DNA of 64,000 nt from assembly GCA_963757605.1 (NCBI GenBank), contig CAVWSF010000001.1:537531-601530 (forward strand). Direction: 5' to 3'. Position 1 is the first letter of the stretch; every line of letters starts with the position of its first letter. The notes beneath the pieces were generated by a model. That model had not been told where the DNA came from and searched no databases. It saw nothing but the letters and a program-made list of their open reading frames with translations. The position numbers and the translations under genes are program-made. The DNA is from an uncultured Actinomycetes bacterium (GTDB lineage Bacteria; Actinomycetota; Thermoleophilia; Gaiellales; JAICJC01). This document shows positions 28,633-37,623 of this stretch, piece by piece.

Positions 28633-29582
28633 TGCGAGCGGCCGTGATCCACGAGCTGGGCGCGACGCCGGTCGTGGAGGAGCACGACGAGCCGGCCCGC
28701 GGCGAGGGCCAGGCGCTGGTCGAGACCGGCGCCGCCGGCGTGAACCCGGTCGATCTCGCGATCGGCGCCGGGGTCTTCTACGGCGGCCATCCGCCGCTCC
28801 CGTTCGTCGCAGGCCGGGAGGGCGCCGGGCGGGTGGTCGAGGGCGAGGCGTTCGCGCCCGGGACGCTCGTGGCCACGCTCAAGACGGCCACCGGATCCAT
28901 GGCCGAGCGGTTCGTCGCCGACGAGGCGGAGCTGTGGGAGATCCCGGGCGAGGCGGACCCGGTCGTTGCGACCGCGCTCGGCATCGCCGGCCTGGCGGGC
29001 TGGCTGGCGGTCGAGGAGCGCGGGCGCATCCAGGAGGGCGACCGCGTGCTCGTGCTCGGAGCCACCGGGACGGTGGGGTCGGTCGCCGTGCAGGCGGCCC
29101 GGCTCCTGGGCGCGTCGCGCGTCGTGGCGGCCGGCCGCGATCCGGCGCGGCTCGAGCGGTCTTTGCGGTTGGGAGCCGACGAGACGGTTACACTCAGCGA
29201 GGGGGACGCCGCGGAGGCATTCCGGGCCGTGTTCCGAGACGGCGGCCCCGACCTCGTCATCGACCCGCTCTGGGGGCCGCCGGCGCTGGCGGCGATCGCG
29301 ATCGCGCCGATCGGGATGCGGTTCGTGAACCTCGGCCAGTCGGCGGGCGCGTCCGTGGAGCTGGCGTCGGCAGCCGTGCGGGGCCGCCTGCTCGAGATCA
29401 TCGGCCACACGGTCTTCGAAGCCCCCCACGCCGACCTGGCCCGCGGGCACCGCGCCATGCTCGGCCACGTCGCCGCCGGCGAGCTCGAGGTCGACGTCGA
29501 GACCTACCCGCTGGAGCGGGCGGCCGAGGCCTGGGACGCGCAGCGCGCGGGGCCCGCGCACAAGCTGGTCGTCACGGTGTAG
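28632..29582 (+). CDS. MDR quinone-oxidoreductase-like protein
   Basis: 316 aa. The ATG overlaps the upstream TGA by 1 nt. Rossmann segment VLGATGTVGSVAVQ. No zinc Cys cluster. Confidence 0.8.
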   Translation: MRAAVIHELGATPVVEEHDEPARGEGQALVETGAAGVNPVDLAIGAGVFYGGHPPLPFVAGREGAGRVVEGEAFAPGTLVATLKTATGSMAERFVADEAELWEIPGEADPVVATALGIAGLAGWLAVEERGRIQEGDRVLVLGATGTVGSVAVQAARLLGASRVVAAGRDPARLERSLRLGADETVTLSEGDAAEAFRAVFRDGGPDLVIDPLWGPPALAAIAIAPIGMRFVNLGQSAGASVELASAAVRGRLLEIIGHTVFEAPHADLARGHRAMLGHVAAGELEVDVETYPLERAAEAWDAQRAGPAHKLVVTV

Positions 29583-29614
29583 GCGGACTCCGGTTGTTCC
29601 TGTGTCGAGCAGGA

Positions 29615-30133
29615 GTGACCCGCCGGATCCTGAACTCATCGTGGGTGTCCTCCGCCGACAGCAACTCGTCAGACCAGGAGCACGAGTCCAGAGACGCCAA
29701 GGAAGACCGCCAGCTGATCGAGCTTCTGAACGAGCTTCGGGTCGCGCTTCCGGGGGTGCAGATGCTCTTCGGGTTCATGCTCGCGGTCCCCTTCACGCAA
29801 CGGTTCGGGTCGCTGAGCGACCGCCAGCGGTTGCTGTTCTACATCGCGTTTCTGGCCACGGCGAGCGCATCGATCTGCTTCATCACGCCCACGTCGTTTC
29901 ACCGCATCACCTGGCAGCGCGGCGTCAAGGGCCGGATGCTTCGGATCTCGAGCCGCCTCGCGATCGCGGGCACCGTCTTTCTCGGCGTCGCGATCGGCTG
30001 CGTCGTCGGCTTCCTGAGCAGCTACCTCTACAACTCGGTGCTCGCGTCGATCCTCACGGCCGTGGTGTTCACCATGATCGCCGTCCTGTGGTACACGATC
30101 CCGCTCGTCCTGCGCGAGCGCCGGCACGTGTAG
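29615..30133 (+). CDS. DUF6328-like membrane protein
   Basis: Blocks LIELLNELRVALPGVQMLFGFMLAVPF and HRITW with 3-4 TM helices. Start is GTG 29615 or GTG 29645. Confidence 0.6.
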   Translation: MTRRILNSSWVSSADSNSSDQEHESRDAKEDRQLIELLNELRVALPGVQMLFGFMLAVPFTQRFGSLSDRQRLLFYIAFLATASASICFITPTSFHRITWQRGVKGRMLRISSRLAIAGTVFLGVAIGCVVGFLSSYLYNSVLASILTAVVFTMIAVLWYTIPLVLRERRHV

Positions 30134-30148
30134 CCAAGGTCGAGCCAC

Positions 30149-31183
30149 CTACGGCGCGAGCAGCACGCGGCCGTAGTGCGCCCGCGTGGCCAGAAGCTCC
30201 TGCGCCCGCGCCGCCCCCTCGAGCGGCAGCACCGCCTCGATGGCCGGCGGGTCGACGAGGCCTTCGCCGAGCAGCCGGAAGACCTCCCACAGCTCCCGCC
30301 GCGACCCGTCGCTCGATCCGATGAGCGAGATCTGGCGGGCGAAGAGGTCGATCAGGTCGAGCTCGACGCGCGGGCCCGACGAGGCGCCGCAGAGGACGAT
30401 GCGGCCCGTGTTCGCAAGCGCGGCCAGCGCCTCCGGGACCGCGGCCGCGCCGACATGGTCGACGACCACATCGACGCCGCGGCCGCCGGTCAGCCGCCGC
30501 ACCTCCTGCCCCCACTCCGGCTGCGTGTAGTCGACCGCGTGCTCCGCGCCGGCGGCGAGCGCCCGCTCGCGCTTCTCGGCGCTCGACGCGGTGGCGAGGA
30601 CCCGCGCGCCGGCGAAGCGCGCCAGTGCGATCGCCGCGCCGCCCACGCCCGAGCCGGCCGCCGTCACCAGCACGGTCTCGCCCGCCCGGAGGCCGGCCCG
30701 CGCGAAGAGCATGTGGTAGGCCGTCAGGTAGACCGACCCCGCCGCGGCGGCCGTCTCGTACGACACGCCGTCGGGCAGCGCGAACAGGTTGCGGACCGGC
30801 GCGACAACGCGCTCGACGTACCCGCCGGGCCGGTTCACGCCCATGACCCCGTACTCGGCGCAGGCCGCCTCGTCGCCCTCCAGGCAGTAGGGACAGCGGC
30901 CGCACGAGAAGTCGTAGTGGACGTACACGCGGTCGCCGACCGCGACGGCTTCCACGCCCTCCCCCACCTCGACGACCTCGCCCGCCACGTCGTAGCCGGG
31001 CACGATCGGGAGGGTCGCGCCGTAGGCATGGCCGACGTCCTCGCGCACCCAGATGTCGAGCCGGTTCACGGCGACCGCCGCAACCCGGACGACCGCCTCG
31101 CCATGCCCCGGCGCCGGCTCCGGGAGCTCCTCGACGCGCAGCACCTCCGGCCCGCCGTGCTCGCGCATCACGATCGCGCGCAT
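30149..31183 (-). CDS. zinc-dependent MDR alcohol dehydrogenase
   Basis: 344 aa. Structural-zinc Cys cluster CGRCPYCLEGDEAAC and Rossmann segment VTAAGSGVGGAAI. Confidence 0.85.
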   Translation of the reverse strand: MRAIVMREHGGPEVLRVEELPEPAPGHGEAVVRVAAVAVNRLDIWVREDVGHAYGATLPIVPGYDVAGEVVEVGEGVEAVAVGDRVYVHYDFSCGRCPYCLEGDEAACAEYGVMGVNRPGGYVERVVAPVRNLFALPDGVSYETAAAAGSVYLTAYHMLFARAGLRAGETVLVTAAGSGVGGAAIALARFAGARVLATASSAEKRERALAAGAEHAVDYTQPEWGQEVRRLTGGRGVDVVVDHVGAAAVPEALAALANTGRIVLCGASSGPRVELDLIDLFARQISLIGSSDGSRRELWEVFRLLGEGLVDPPAIEAVLPLEGAARAQELLATRAHYGRVLLAP

Positions 31184-31953
31184 CAGTAGGCCATCCAGCC
31201 GCCATCGACCATCAGGTTGATGCCGCTCGTGTAGCTCGCCGGCCCCGCCAGGTACGAGACCGCGGAGGCCACGTCCTCCGGCCGGCCCAGGCGCGCGAAC
31301 GGCGTCCGCGAGCGCACGTACGCCAACCCCTCCTCGCTGGCGGAGAGGTCGCCCGCCGTGCCCGTCACGATCTTGCCGGGCGCGACCGCGTTGCACAGGA
31401 TCCCCTGCGGCCCGTAGTCGACCGCGATCTGGCGCGTCATCTGCACGAGCCCGCCCTTCCCCACGCTGTAGGCGAAGTGGCCCGGGCAGCCGACCATCCC
31501 GTGCTGGGACGTGATGTTCACGATCCGGCCGCGGACGTCGCCGTCGAGCGGCTGCTCGAGCATCCGCCGCACGGCCGCCCGGCAGAGCAGGTACGGCCCG
31601 CGCAGGTTGACGGCCATCATCGCGTCCCAGTCCTCCGGCTCCGTCTCGAGGAGCGGCTTCGAGTGCGCCCCTGCGAGGACCGCGTTGTTCACGACGACGT
31701 CGAGCGACCCGCACCGCTCCACCGCCGTCGCGACCAGGCGGTCGCAGTCCTCGGCCGACGACACGTCGGCGATCACGTGGACGGCGCTTCGGCCGGCCGC
31801 GCGGATCACGTCCTCGGTCGGCTCGCCGCCCGTGATCGGGTCGCGGCGGATGTCGCCCATCACCACGTCGAACCCGTCCTCGGCGAGCCGGATCGCCACG
31901 GCCCGGCCGATCCCCGACGCCGCCCCGGTCACGATCGCGCTGCGCTGACTCAT
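31183..31953 (-). CDS. SDR family oxidoreductase
   Basis: 256 aa with blocks TGAASGIGRA, NNAV and the YSVGKGG catalytic context. Ends GGWMAY with a TGATG junction to the MDR gene. Confidence 0.85.
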   Translation of the reverse strand: MSQRSAIVTGAASGIGRAVAIRLAEDGFDVVMGDIRRDPITGGEPTEDVIRAAGRSAVHVIADVSSAEDCDRLVATAVERCGSLDVVVNNAVLAGAHSKPLLETEPEDWDAMMAVNLRGPYLLCRAAVRRMLEQPLDGDVRGRIVNITSQHGMVGCPGHFAYSVGKGGLVQMTRQIAVDYGPQGILCNAVAPGKIVTGTAGDLSASEEGLAYVRSRTPFARLGRPEDVASAVSYLAGPASYTSGINLMVDGGWMAY

Positions 31954-31982
31954 GCCGATGCCACCTCCTGCATACTGACGCC

Positions 31983-32528
31983 ATGCCCGGCGTCGCGTTC
32001 GTCGCTCACTGCCTGCTGAACCAGAACTCGAAGACGCACGGCGGCGCGCGCTGCCCGGGCATCTACTCGCCGCTCGTGGAGGAGCTCCGCACCGCCGGCT
32101 GGCGGCTGGAGCAGATGCCGTGCCCGGAGCTGGCCTTCACCGGCCTTCACCGCTTCTGGGCGGTGAAGGAGCAGCTCGACACCGCGGCCTACCGCCGCCA
32201 CTGCCGCCGCATCGCCTCCGCGGTCGCCGCCGCGATCGAGGTGCACGTGCGCCGCGGCGACGACGTGATCCTCGTCGGCATCGAGGGCAGCCCTTCGATG
32301 GGCGTCCACATCACGAGCTCGGACCCCGACCGCGGTGGGCGGCCGGAGTGGCCGGACGGGTCGAGCGAGCTCTCGCCCGGAAGCGGCATCTTCATGGAGG
32401 AGATCGTCGCCGAGCTCACCGAGCGCGGCGTCGCCGCCCCGCGGGCGATGGGGATCTCCCACCAGCTCCCCGATCACGACCCGGACGCCGAGCGCGCCCG
32501 GCTCCGCGACCTGATGGGGACCGCCTAG
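31983..32528 (+). CDS. divergent TudS/DUF523-like Cys-rich protein (copy 2)
   Basis: 181 aa with blocks AHCLLNQN, GARC, QMPCPELAF, HCRR and GIEGSPSMGV. Paralog of 21427-21987. Confidence 0.75.
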   Translation: MPGVAFVAHCLLNQNSKTHGGARCPGIYSPLVEELRTAGWRLEQMPCPELAFTGLHRFWAVKEQLDTAAYRRHCRRIASAVAAAIEVHVRRGDDVILVGIEGSPSMGVHITSSDPDRGGRPEWPDGSSELSPGSGIFMEEIVAELTERGVAAPRAMGISHQLPDHDPDAERARLRDLMGTA

Positions 32529-32870
32529 GTGGACACCGACGCCCGCTGCTTCCGCGTCGCGCTCGTCGCCGGCGAGCTCCTGAACCCCGTCGCCGGGGAG
32601 CTCGACGCGCTCTCGGTGCTCGAGCAGGAGGAGTGGGGCGCGATCCAGCTCCCCGCGGCCGACTACCCGGACGAGGTGGCCGGGCCGCTCCTGGAGCAGG
32701 TCGCCGAGCAGGCCGAGGAGTTCGTGCGGAACGGCTACACGCTCACGGTGATCCGCGGCCGGGCAGGCCTCGACGAGGCGCTCGCACGGGTCGGCGTCGC
32801 CGCACCGCCCGCGTGTGCTCCCGAGACGGCCGACGAGCTGCGGGCGTTCCTGGCGGAGGCCTGCAGGTGA
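32529..32870 (+). CDS. small acidic protein of unknown function, partner of the TudS-like gene (copy 2)
   Basis: The GTG start directly abuts the upstream TAG. 113 aa. Paralog of 21132-21437. Confidence 0.6.
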   Translation: MDTDARCFRVALVAGELLNPVAGELDALSVLEQEEWGAIQLPAADYPDEVAGPLLEQVAEQAEEFVRNGYTLTVIRGRAGLDEALARVGVAAPPACAPETADELRAFLAEACR

Positions 32871-32874
32871 GGAC

Positions 32875-33621
32875 GTGACGGCGCGCGCGCTGGTGACAGG
32901 CGCGGCGTCGGGGATCGGCCGGTCGACCGCCGTCCTGCTCGCCGAGCGCGGAGCCGCCGTCGCGTGCCTCGACGTGAACGCGGCCGGGCTGGACGAGACC
33001 GCAGCGGCGATCGGCGAGCACGCCGTTCCCATCCCGTGTGATGTGACCGACCTCGCCGCGGTCGAGGCCGCGGTGTCGCAGGCGGCCGCCGAACTGGGCG
33101 GCCTGGACGCGGTCGCCAACGTCGCCGGCGTCGGCGACTTCACCGGCGACGTCGCCGAGATCGCACCCGAGGAGTGGGCGCGCGTCCTGGCGATCAACCT
33201 GAACGGGCCGTTCCACGTCTCCCGCGCGGCGATCCCGCACCTGCGCGCGGCCGGCGGCGGGGCGATCGTGAACGTCAGCTCGCAGTTCGGGCTGGTCGGG
33301 TGCCTGGCGAGCCCGGCGTACTGCGCCTCGAAGGCGGGACTCATCGGCCTCACCCGGGCGATGGCGATCGACCACACGTCGGAGGGCATCCGCGTGAACT
33401 GCGTCTGCCCCGGCCCGGTCGACACGCCGATGCTGGCCTGGACCGACGCGACCCCCGAGCTCACGGCGCGCGAACGCGGGCGGACGCAGGGCCGCAACCT
33501 GAGCGGCCGCTCCGGCCGGCCCGCGGAGATCGCCGCCACCATCGCCTTCCTGCTCTCGGACGACGTCGGCTTCATGTCGGGCAGCATCGTCGCCGTCGAC
33601 GGCGCCTGGACGGCGGGGTAG
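32875..33621 (+). CDS. SDR family oxidoreductase
   Basis: GTG 32875 follows AGGTGAGGA. Blocks TGAASGIGR, and the YCASKAG catalytic context. Confidence 0.85.
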   Translation: MTARALVTGAASGIGRSTAVLLAERGAAVACLDVNAAGLDETAAAIGEHAVPIPCDVTDLAAVEAAVSQAAAELGGLDAVANVAGVGDFTGDVAEIAPEEWARVLAINLNGPFHVSRAAIPHLRAAGGGAIVNVSSQFGLVGCLASPAYCASKAGLIGLTRAMAIDHTSEGIRVNCVCPGPVDTPMLAWTDATPELTARERGRTQGRNLSGRSGRPAEIAATIAFLLSDDVGFMSGSIVAVDGAWTAG

Positions 33622-33628
33622 CCCGGAG

Positions 33629-34978
33629 TCACGCGGGCTGGAGCACGCGGCCGACGGGCAGGTACTCGCCGCGGTGCTCCTCGCCGACGAAGCGGCCGTC
33701 GGCGACCACGTGCTCGCCGCGGGCCAGGACGTCGCGCACCCGGCCGGGCACCTCGATGCCCTCGTACGGCGTCCAGTCCAGGCCGTCGTTGATCGCCTCG
33801 AGCGTGAGCCTGACCGGCGCGGCGGGGTCCCAGACGACGACGTCGGCATCGCTCCCCGGGGCCAGCACCCCTTTCCGCGGATAGAGCCCGAAGATGCGCG
33901 CCGGCTGCGTGCACGCCGCGTCGACCAGCCGCTCGACCGCGAGCGGATCGCCGCCTCCGAGCGCGAACCCGAGCGGGAGACGAGCGCCGATGCCGGGCAG
34001 GCCGGTCGGGATCTTCGTGAAGTCGCCCTGCACCGGCACCTTGTCGCGGTCGAGCCGCAGGTGGCAGTGGTCGGAGGCATAGGTCGTGACGTCGCCCGAT
34101 CGCAGGCCGTCCAGGAGCGCGGCCCGGTCGGCGGCCTCGCGCAGCGGCGGCGTCATCACGTAGCGCAGGGCGTCGGGCCCCTCGTGATCGGAGCGCTCGA
34201 AGAGCAGGTGGTGCGGGCACACCTCGGCATGGACGGTCTGGCCGCGGCGGCGGGCGGCGCGGATCTCGTCGAGCGGCGCGCGGCCGGTGACGTGGACGAC
34301 GTAGGGCGTCGCTCCCGCGAGGCCGGCGAGCACCAGGAACCGGTGGACGCACTCCGCCTCGAGCTCGATCGGCCGGCTGGCGGGGAGCGAGTCGAGGCCG
34401 AGCTCGCCGGCCTCGACCCGCTGTCGGGTGAGGAGGTCGACGGCGCGGCCGTTCTCGCAGTGGGCGAGCACGACAACGCCGAGGTCGGCCGCCTCCTGCA
34501 TCACGGCCAGGGCGACGTCGTCGTCGGCCATGATCCCGAGCTCGACGTAGGCCAGCCACAGCTTGACGCTCCCCACCCCGAGCGCCGCGGTCTCGGCGAG
34601 GTCGCCGCGCCGATAGGCCGCCGGCTCCCAGATCACCGCGTGGAAGGCGAGGTCGATGTGCGACTCGGGCACCTCGTCGGCCAGCGTCCGCCGGGCCGCC
34701 TCGGCCGGCCGCTCGCCGGGCAGCGCGTCGACGAAGGCGAGGGCGGAGGTGGTGCCGCCGCAGAGCGCAGAGCGCGAGTCGTCGCCGAGGCCGCCGAACG
34801 GGTGCGTGTGGACGTCGATCGCGCCCGGCAGGACGAGGCAGCCGCTCGCGTCGACGACCTCGGCGCCGGAGCGGTCGACCGCCCCGATCTCGACGACCCG
34901 GCCGCCGTCCACCAGCACGTCGGCCGGCACCGACCCGTCCGGCCCGACGACCGTGCCGCCGGCGATCACCGTCGCCAC
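33629..34978 (-). CDS. D-hydantoinase / dihydropyrimidinase family amidohydrolase
   Basis: 449 aa. HxH block (AIDVHTHP), Lys context (VGSVKLWLAY), LAHCENG and the Asp block ASDHCH. The GTG overlaps the upstream TAG by 1 nt. Confidence 0.85.
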   Translation of the reverse strand: MATVIAGGTVVGPDGSVPADVLVDGGRVVEIGAVDRSGAEVVDASGCLVLPGAIDVHTHPFGGLGDDSRSALCGGTTSALAFVDALPGERPAEAARRTLADEVPESHIDLAFHAVIWEPAAYRRGDLAETAALGVGSVKLWLAYVELGIMADDDVALAVMQEAADLGVVVLAHCENGRAVDLLTRQRVEAGELGLDSLPASRPIELEAECVHRFLVLAGLAGATPYVVHVTGRAPLDEIRAARRRGQTVHAEVCPHHLLFERSDHEGPDALRYVMTPPLREAADRAALLDGLRSGDVTTYASDHCHLRLDRDKVPVQGDFTKIPTGLPGIGARLPLGFALGGGDPLAVERLVDAACTQPARIFGLYPRKGVLAPGSDADVVVWDPAAPVRLTLEAINDGLDWTPYEGIEVPGRVRDVLARGEHVVADGRFVGEEHRGEYLPVGRVLQPA

Positions 34979-36777
34979 TAGCCCACCGCCCGGTCGGGCA
35001 GGCAGGGCGCGGCGCCCAGCAGCCGCCGGGTGTAGTCGTCGGAGGGCGTCGAGAGGACGTCCTGGACCGCGCCCGACTCGCACAGCGAGCCGCGGTCCAT
35101 CACGAGCACCGAGTCGCTCACGCACGCCACGACGCCCAGGTTGTGGGTGATGAAGAGCATGGAGAGGTGCAGCTCGCGCTGGAGCTCGGCGAGGAGCTCG
35201 AGCACCGCCGCCTGGACCGAGACGTCGAGCGCCGAGGTCACCTCGTCGCACACCAGGAGGTCGGGCTTGGCCGCCAGCGCCCGGGCGATCGCCACCCGCT
35301 GGCGCTCGCCGCCGGAGAGCTCGACCGGATACCGCTCGGCCACCCGCGCCGGCAGCCGCACGCGCTCGAGCAGCGTCGACACCTCGCCGGCGGCGTCCGC
35401 CCGCGACAGCCGGCGAAGGACGCGCAGCGGGCGCTCGATCGAGGCGCCCACCCGATGGCGCGGGTTCAGCGACTCGAACGGGTTCTGGAAGACGATCTGG
35501 ATCCGGCGGCGCTGGTCGAGCGCCCGGTCCCGGGCCGATCCGTCCAGCTCCTGGCCGTCGAAGACGATCCGCCCAGCTGTCGGCACGTGCAGGCCGGCGA
35601 TGCAGCGGCCGATCGTGGTCTTGCCGCTTCCGGACTCGCCGACGAGCGCCACGCACCGGCCGGCCTCGATCGCGAACGACACGTCGCGGACGGCGACGTT
35701 GCGGCCCCGGCCGGAGCGGTACTCGACCGCGAGCGCCGACACCTCGAGCAGCGGACGCCCAGCGGCCGCCGGCGCGGCGGCCCGGGCCCCTCCCGAACCG
35801 GACTCCGTGAGCTCGAGCTCGTCCCAGCGGACGCACCGCACCGAGTGGGCGGCGGAGGCCTCCTCCAGCGCCGGCACGGCGGCCTGGCAGCGCTCCTGCG
35901 CGAACGAGCACCGCGGCGCGAAGGAGCACCCCGGGGGCCACTCGCCCACCCCCACCGCGACGCCCGGGATGCCCTGGAGCGCCCGCGGGCGGCGCACGTC
36001 CGGGATGGCGCCGACCAGCGCGCGCGTGTACGGGTGCCGCGGCCGCCCGATCACCTCGTCGACCGGCCCGTGCTCCACCACCCGCCCGGCGTACATGACG
36101 GCGATCCGGTCGGCCATCCGGGCCACCACGGCGAGGTCGTGGGAGACATAGACCATCGCCATCCCCTCCTCGCTGCGAAGCCGCATGAGCTCGGTGAGGA
36201 TGCGGTCCTGGGTGAGGACGTCGAGGCCCGTCGTCGGCTCGTCGAGCACCGCCACGGGCGGGCCGCACACGCACGCCATCGCGATCGTGACCCGCTGCTG
36301 CTGACCGCCGGAGAGCTGGTGCGGGAAGCGACGGGCGAAGCGCGGGTCGGCGCCCAGCTCGACGCGCTCGAGCGCCGTGTGGACGGAGTCGTGCGAGGCC
36401 GCGTCGGAGCGGTGCGCGCGCAGGACGTCCATGATGGCGTCGCCCACCCGAAGCGACGGGTTGAGCGCGCCGCCCGGATCCTGGGGGACGTACGAGACCA
36501 CGCGCCCGCGCAGGCTGCGGACAGCCCGGGCGCCGCTGCCCAGTATGGCCTCGCCGCCGACCTCGACCGACCCGCCCCGCAGGACGACGCCGGGGCGCGT
36601 GTAGCCGAGGAGCGCGAGCGCGGTCGTCGTCTTGCCGCTTCCGGACTCGCCGACGAGCCCGAGGATCTCGCCCGCGCCCACGGCGAAGCTCACGTCCTGC
36701 ACGACCGGATCGCCGCTCGTGAGCTCCAGGCACAGGCCCTCGACGCGGACGACCGGACCGCCGCCGTCGCCGCTCAC
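34978..36777 (-). CDS. ABC transporter ATP-binding protein, fused double ATPase (DppD/DppF type)
   Basis: 599 aa with two complete sets: Walker A (GESGSGKTT twice), signature (LSGGQQQRV / LSGGERQRV) and Walker B (LDEPTTGLD / VCDEVTSALD). Confidence 0.9.
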   Translation of the reverse strand: MSGDGGGPVVRVEGLCLELTSGDPVVQDVSFAVGAGEILGLVGESGSGKTTTALALLGYTRPGVVLRGGSVEVGGEAILGSGARAVRSLRGRVVSYVPQDPGGALNPSLRVGDAIMDVLRAHRSDAASHDSVHTALERVELGADPRFARRFPHQLSGGQQQRVTIAMACVCGPPVAVLDEPTTGLDVLTQDRILTELMRLRSEEGMAMVYVSHDLAVVARMADRIAVMYAGRVVEHGPVDEVIGRPRHPYTRALVGAIPDVRRPRALQGIPGVAVGVGEWPPGCSFAPRCSFAQERCQAAVPALEEASAAHSVRCVRWDELELTESGSGGARAAAPAAAGRPLLEVSALAVEYRSGRGRNVAVRDVSFAIEAGRCVALVGESGSGKTTIGRCIAGLHVPTAGRIVFDGQELDGSARDRALDQRRRIQIVFQNPFESLNPRHRVGASIERPLRVLRRLSRADAAGEVSTLLERVRLPARVAERYPVELSGGERQRVAIARALAAKPDLLVCDEVTSALDVSVQAAVLELLAELQRELHLSMLFITHNLGVVACVSDSVLVMDRGSLCESGAVQDVLSTPSDDYTRRLLGAAPCLPDRAVG

Positions 36778-37623
36778 GCCGGCACGCTCCTCGTCGTCCG
36801 GGGGACGTACGAGCGCCCGAGGCTGCGGGCGATCGCGTCGCCCATCAGGTTGACCCCGATGGTGAGCAGGGCGATCATCGCCGCCGGCGCCAGCACCGCC
36901 CACACGTTGAGCGCGATGTACTCGCGGTTCTCGCTGATCAGGAGCGCCCAGTCGGAGGCCGGCGGCTGCAGGCCGAGGCCGAGGTAGTTGACCGAGGCGA
37001 TGATGAGGATCGAGTAGGTGAAGCGCAGGCCGGCGTCGACCAGGACGGGCGCGAGGATGTTCGGCAGCACCTCCCGGACGACGACGGCGGCGGCCCGCTC
37101 GCCGCGGGCGACGGCCGCCTCGACGTAGCCGCGCACCGTCACCTCGAGGGTCGCCGTGCGGACGATGCGGCTGATGCTCGGGGCCTGGATCGCCGCGACC
37201 CCGATGACGAGGACGCCGACCCCCGAGCCCGCGCCCGTGATGAGCACGAGCAGGAAGAGGAGCGGCGGGAAGGCCAGCATCACGTCGACGGTACGCATCA
37301 GGATCGGGTCGACCTTGGAGCGGCTGTAGCCGGCGATGAGCCCGATCGCGAGGCCGATCGCGTAGCCCAGGACGGTCGCGGCCGCGGCCAGCCCGATCAC
37401 CGACCGGCCGCCGTAGAGGAGCCGGCTCAGGACGTCGCGGCCGAGGAAGTCGGTGCCGAGGTGGGCCGCCGACGACGGGCCGGAGAGCGGCGTCCCGACC
37501 GGCACGTTGGGGTCGTGCGGCGCGACGTAGCGGCCGAAGAGCGCCACCACGACCACGAAGACCACGACGGCCAGCCCGATCGCGCCCGAGCGGATCCGCA
37601 GGAAGCGGAACGCCGCCGCTCAC
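36774..37623 (-). CDS. ABC transporter permease (DppC/OppC type), apparent frameshift at the extreme 5' end
   Basis: The intact body runs from 37565 downward (the ORF track's MVFVVVVALFGRYVAPHDP...). The real N-terminus FRFLRIRSGAIGLAVVVF is in frame but has no start codon after the TGA at 37620-37622. A GTG at 37623 (GTGA overlap with the upstream gene) is 1 nt out of frame. Confidence 0.7.
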
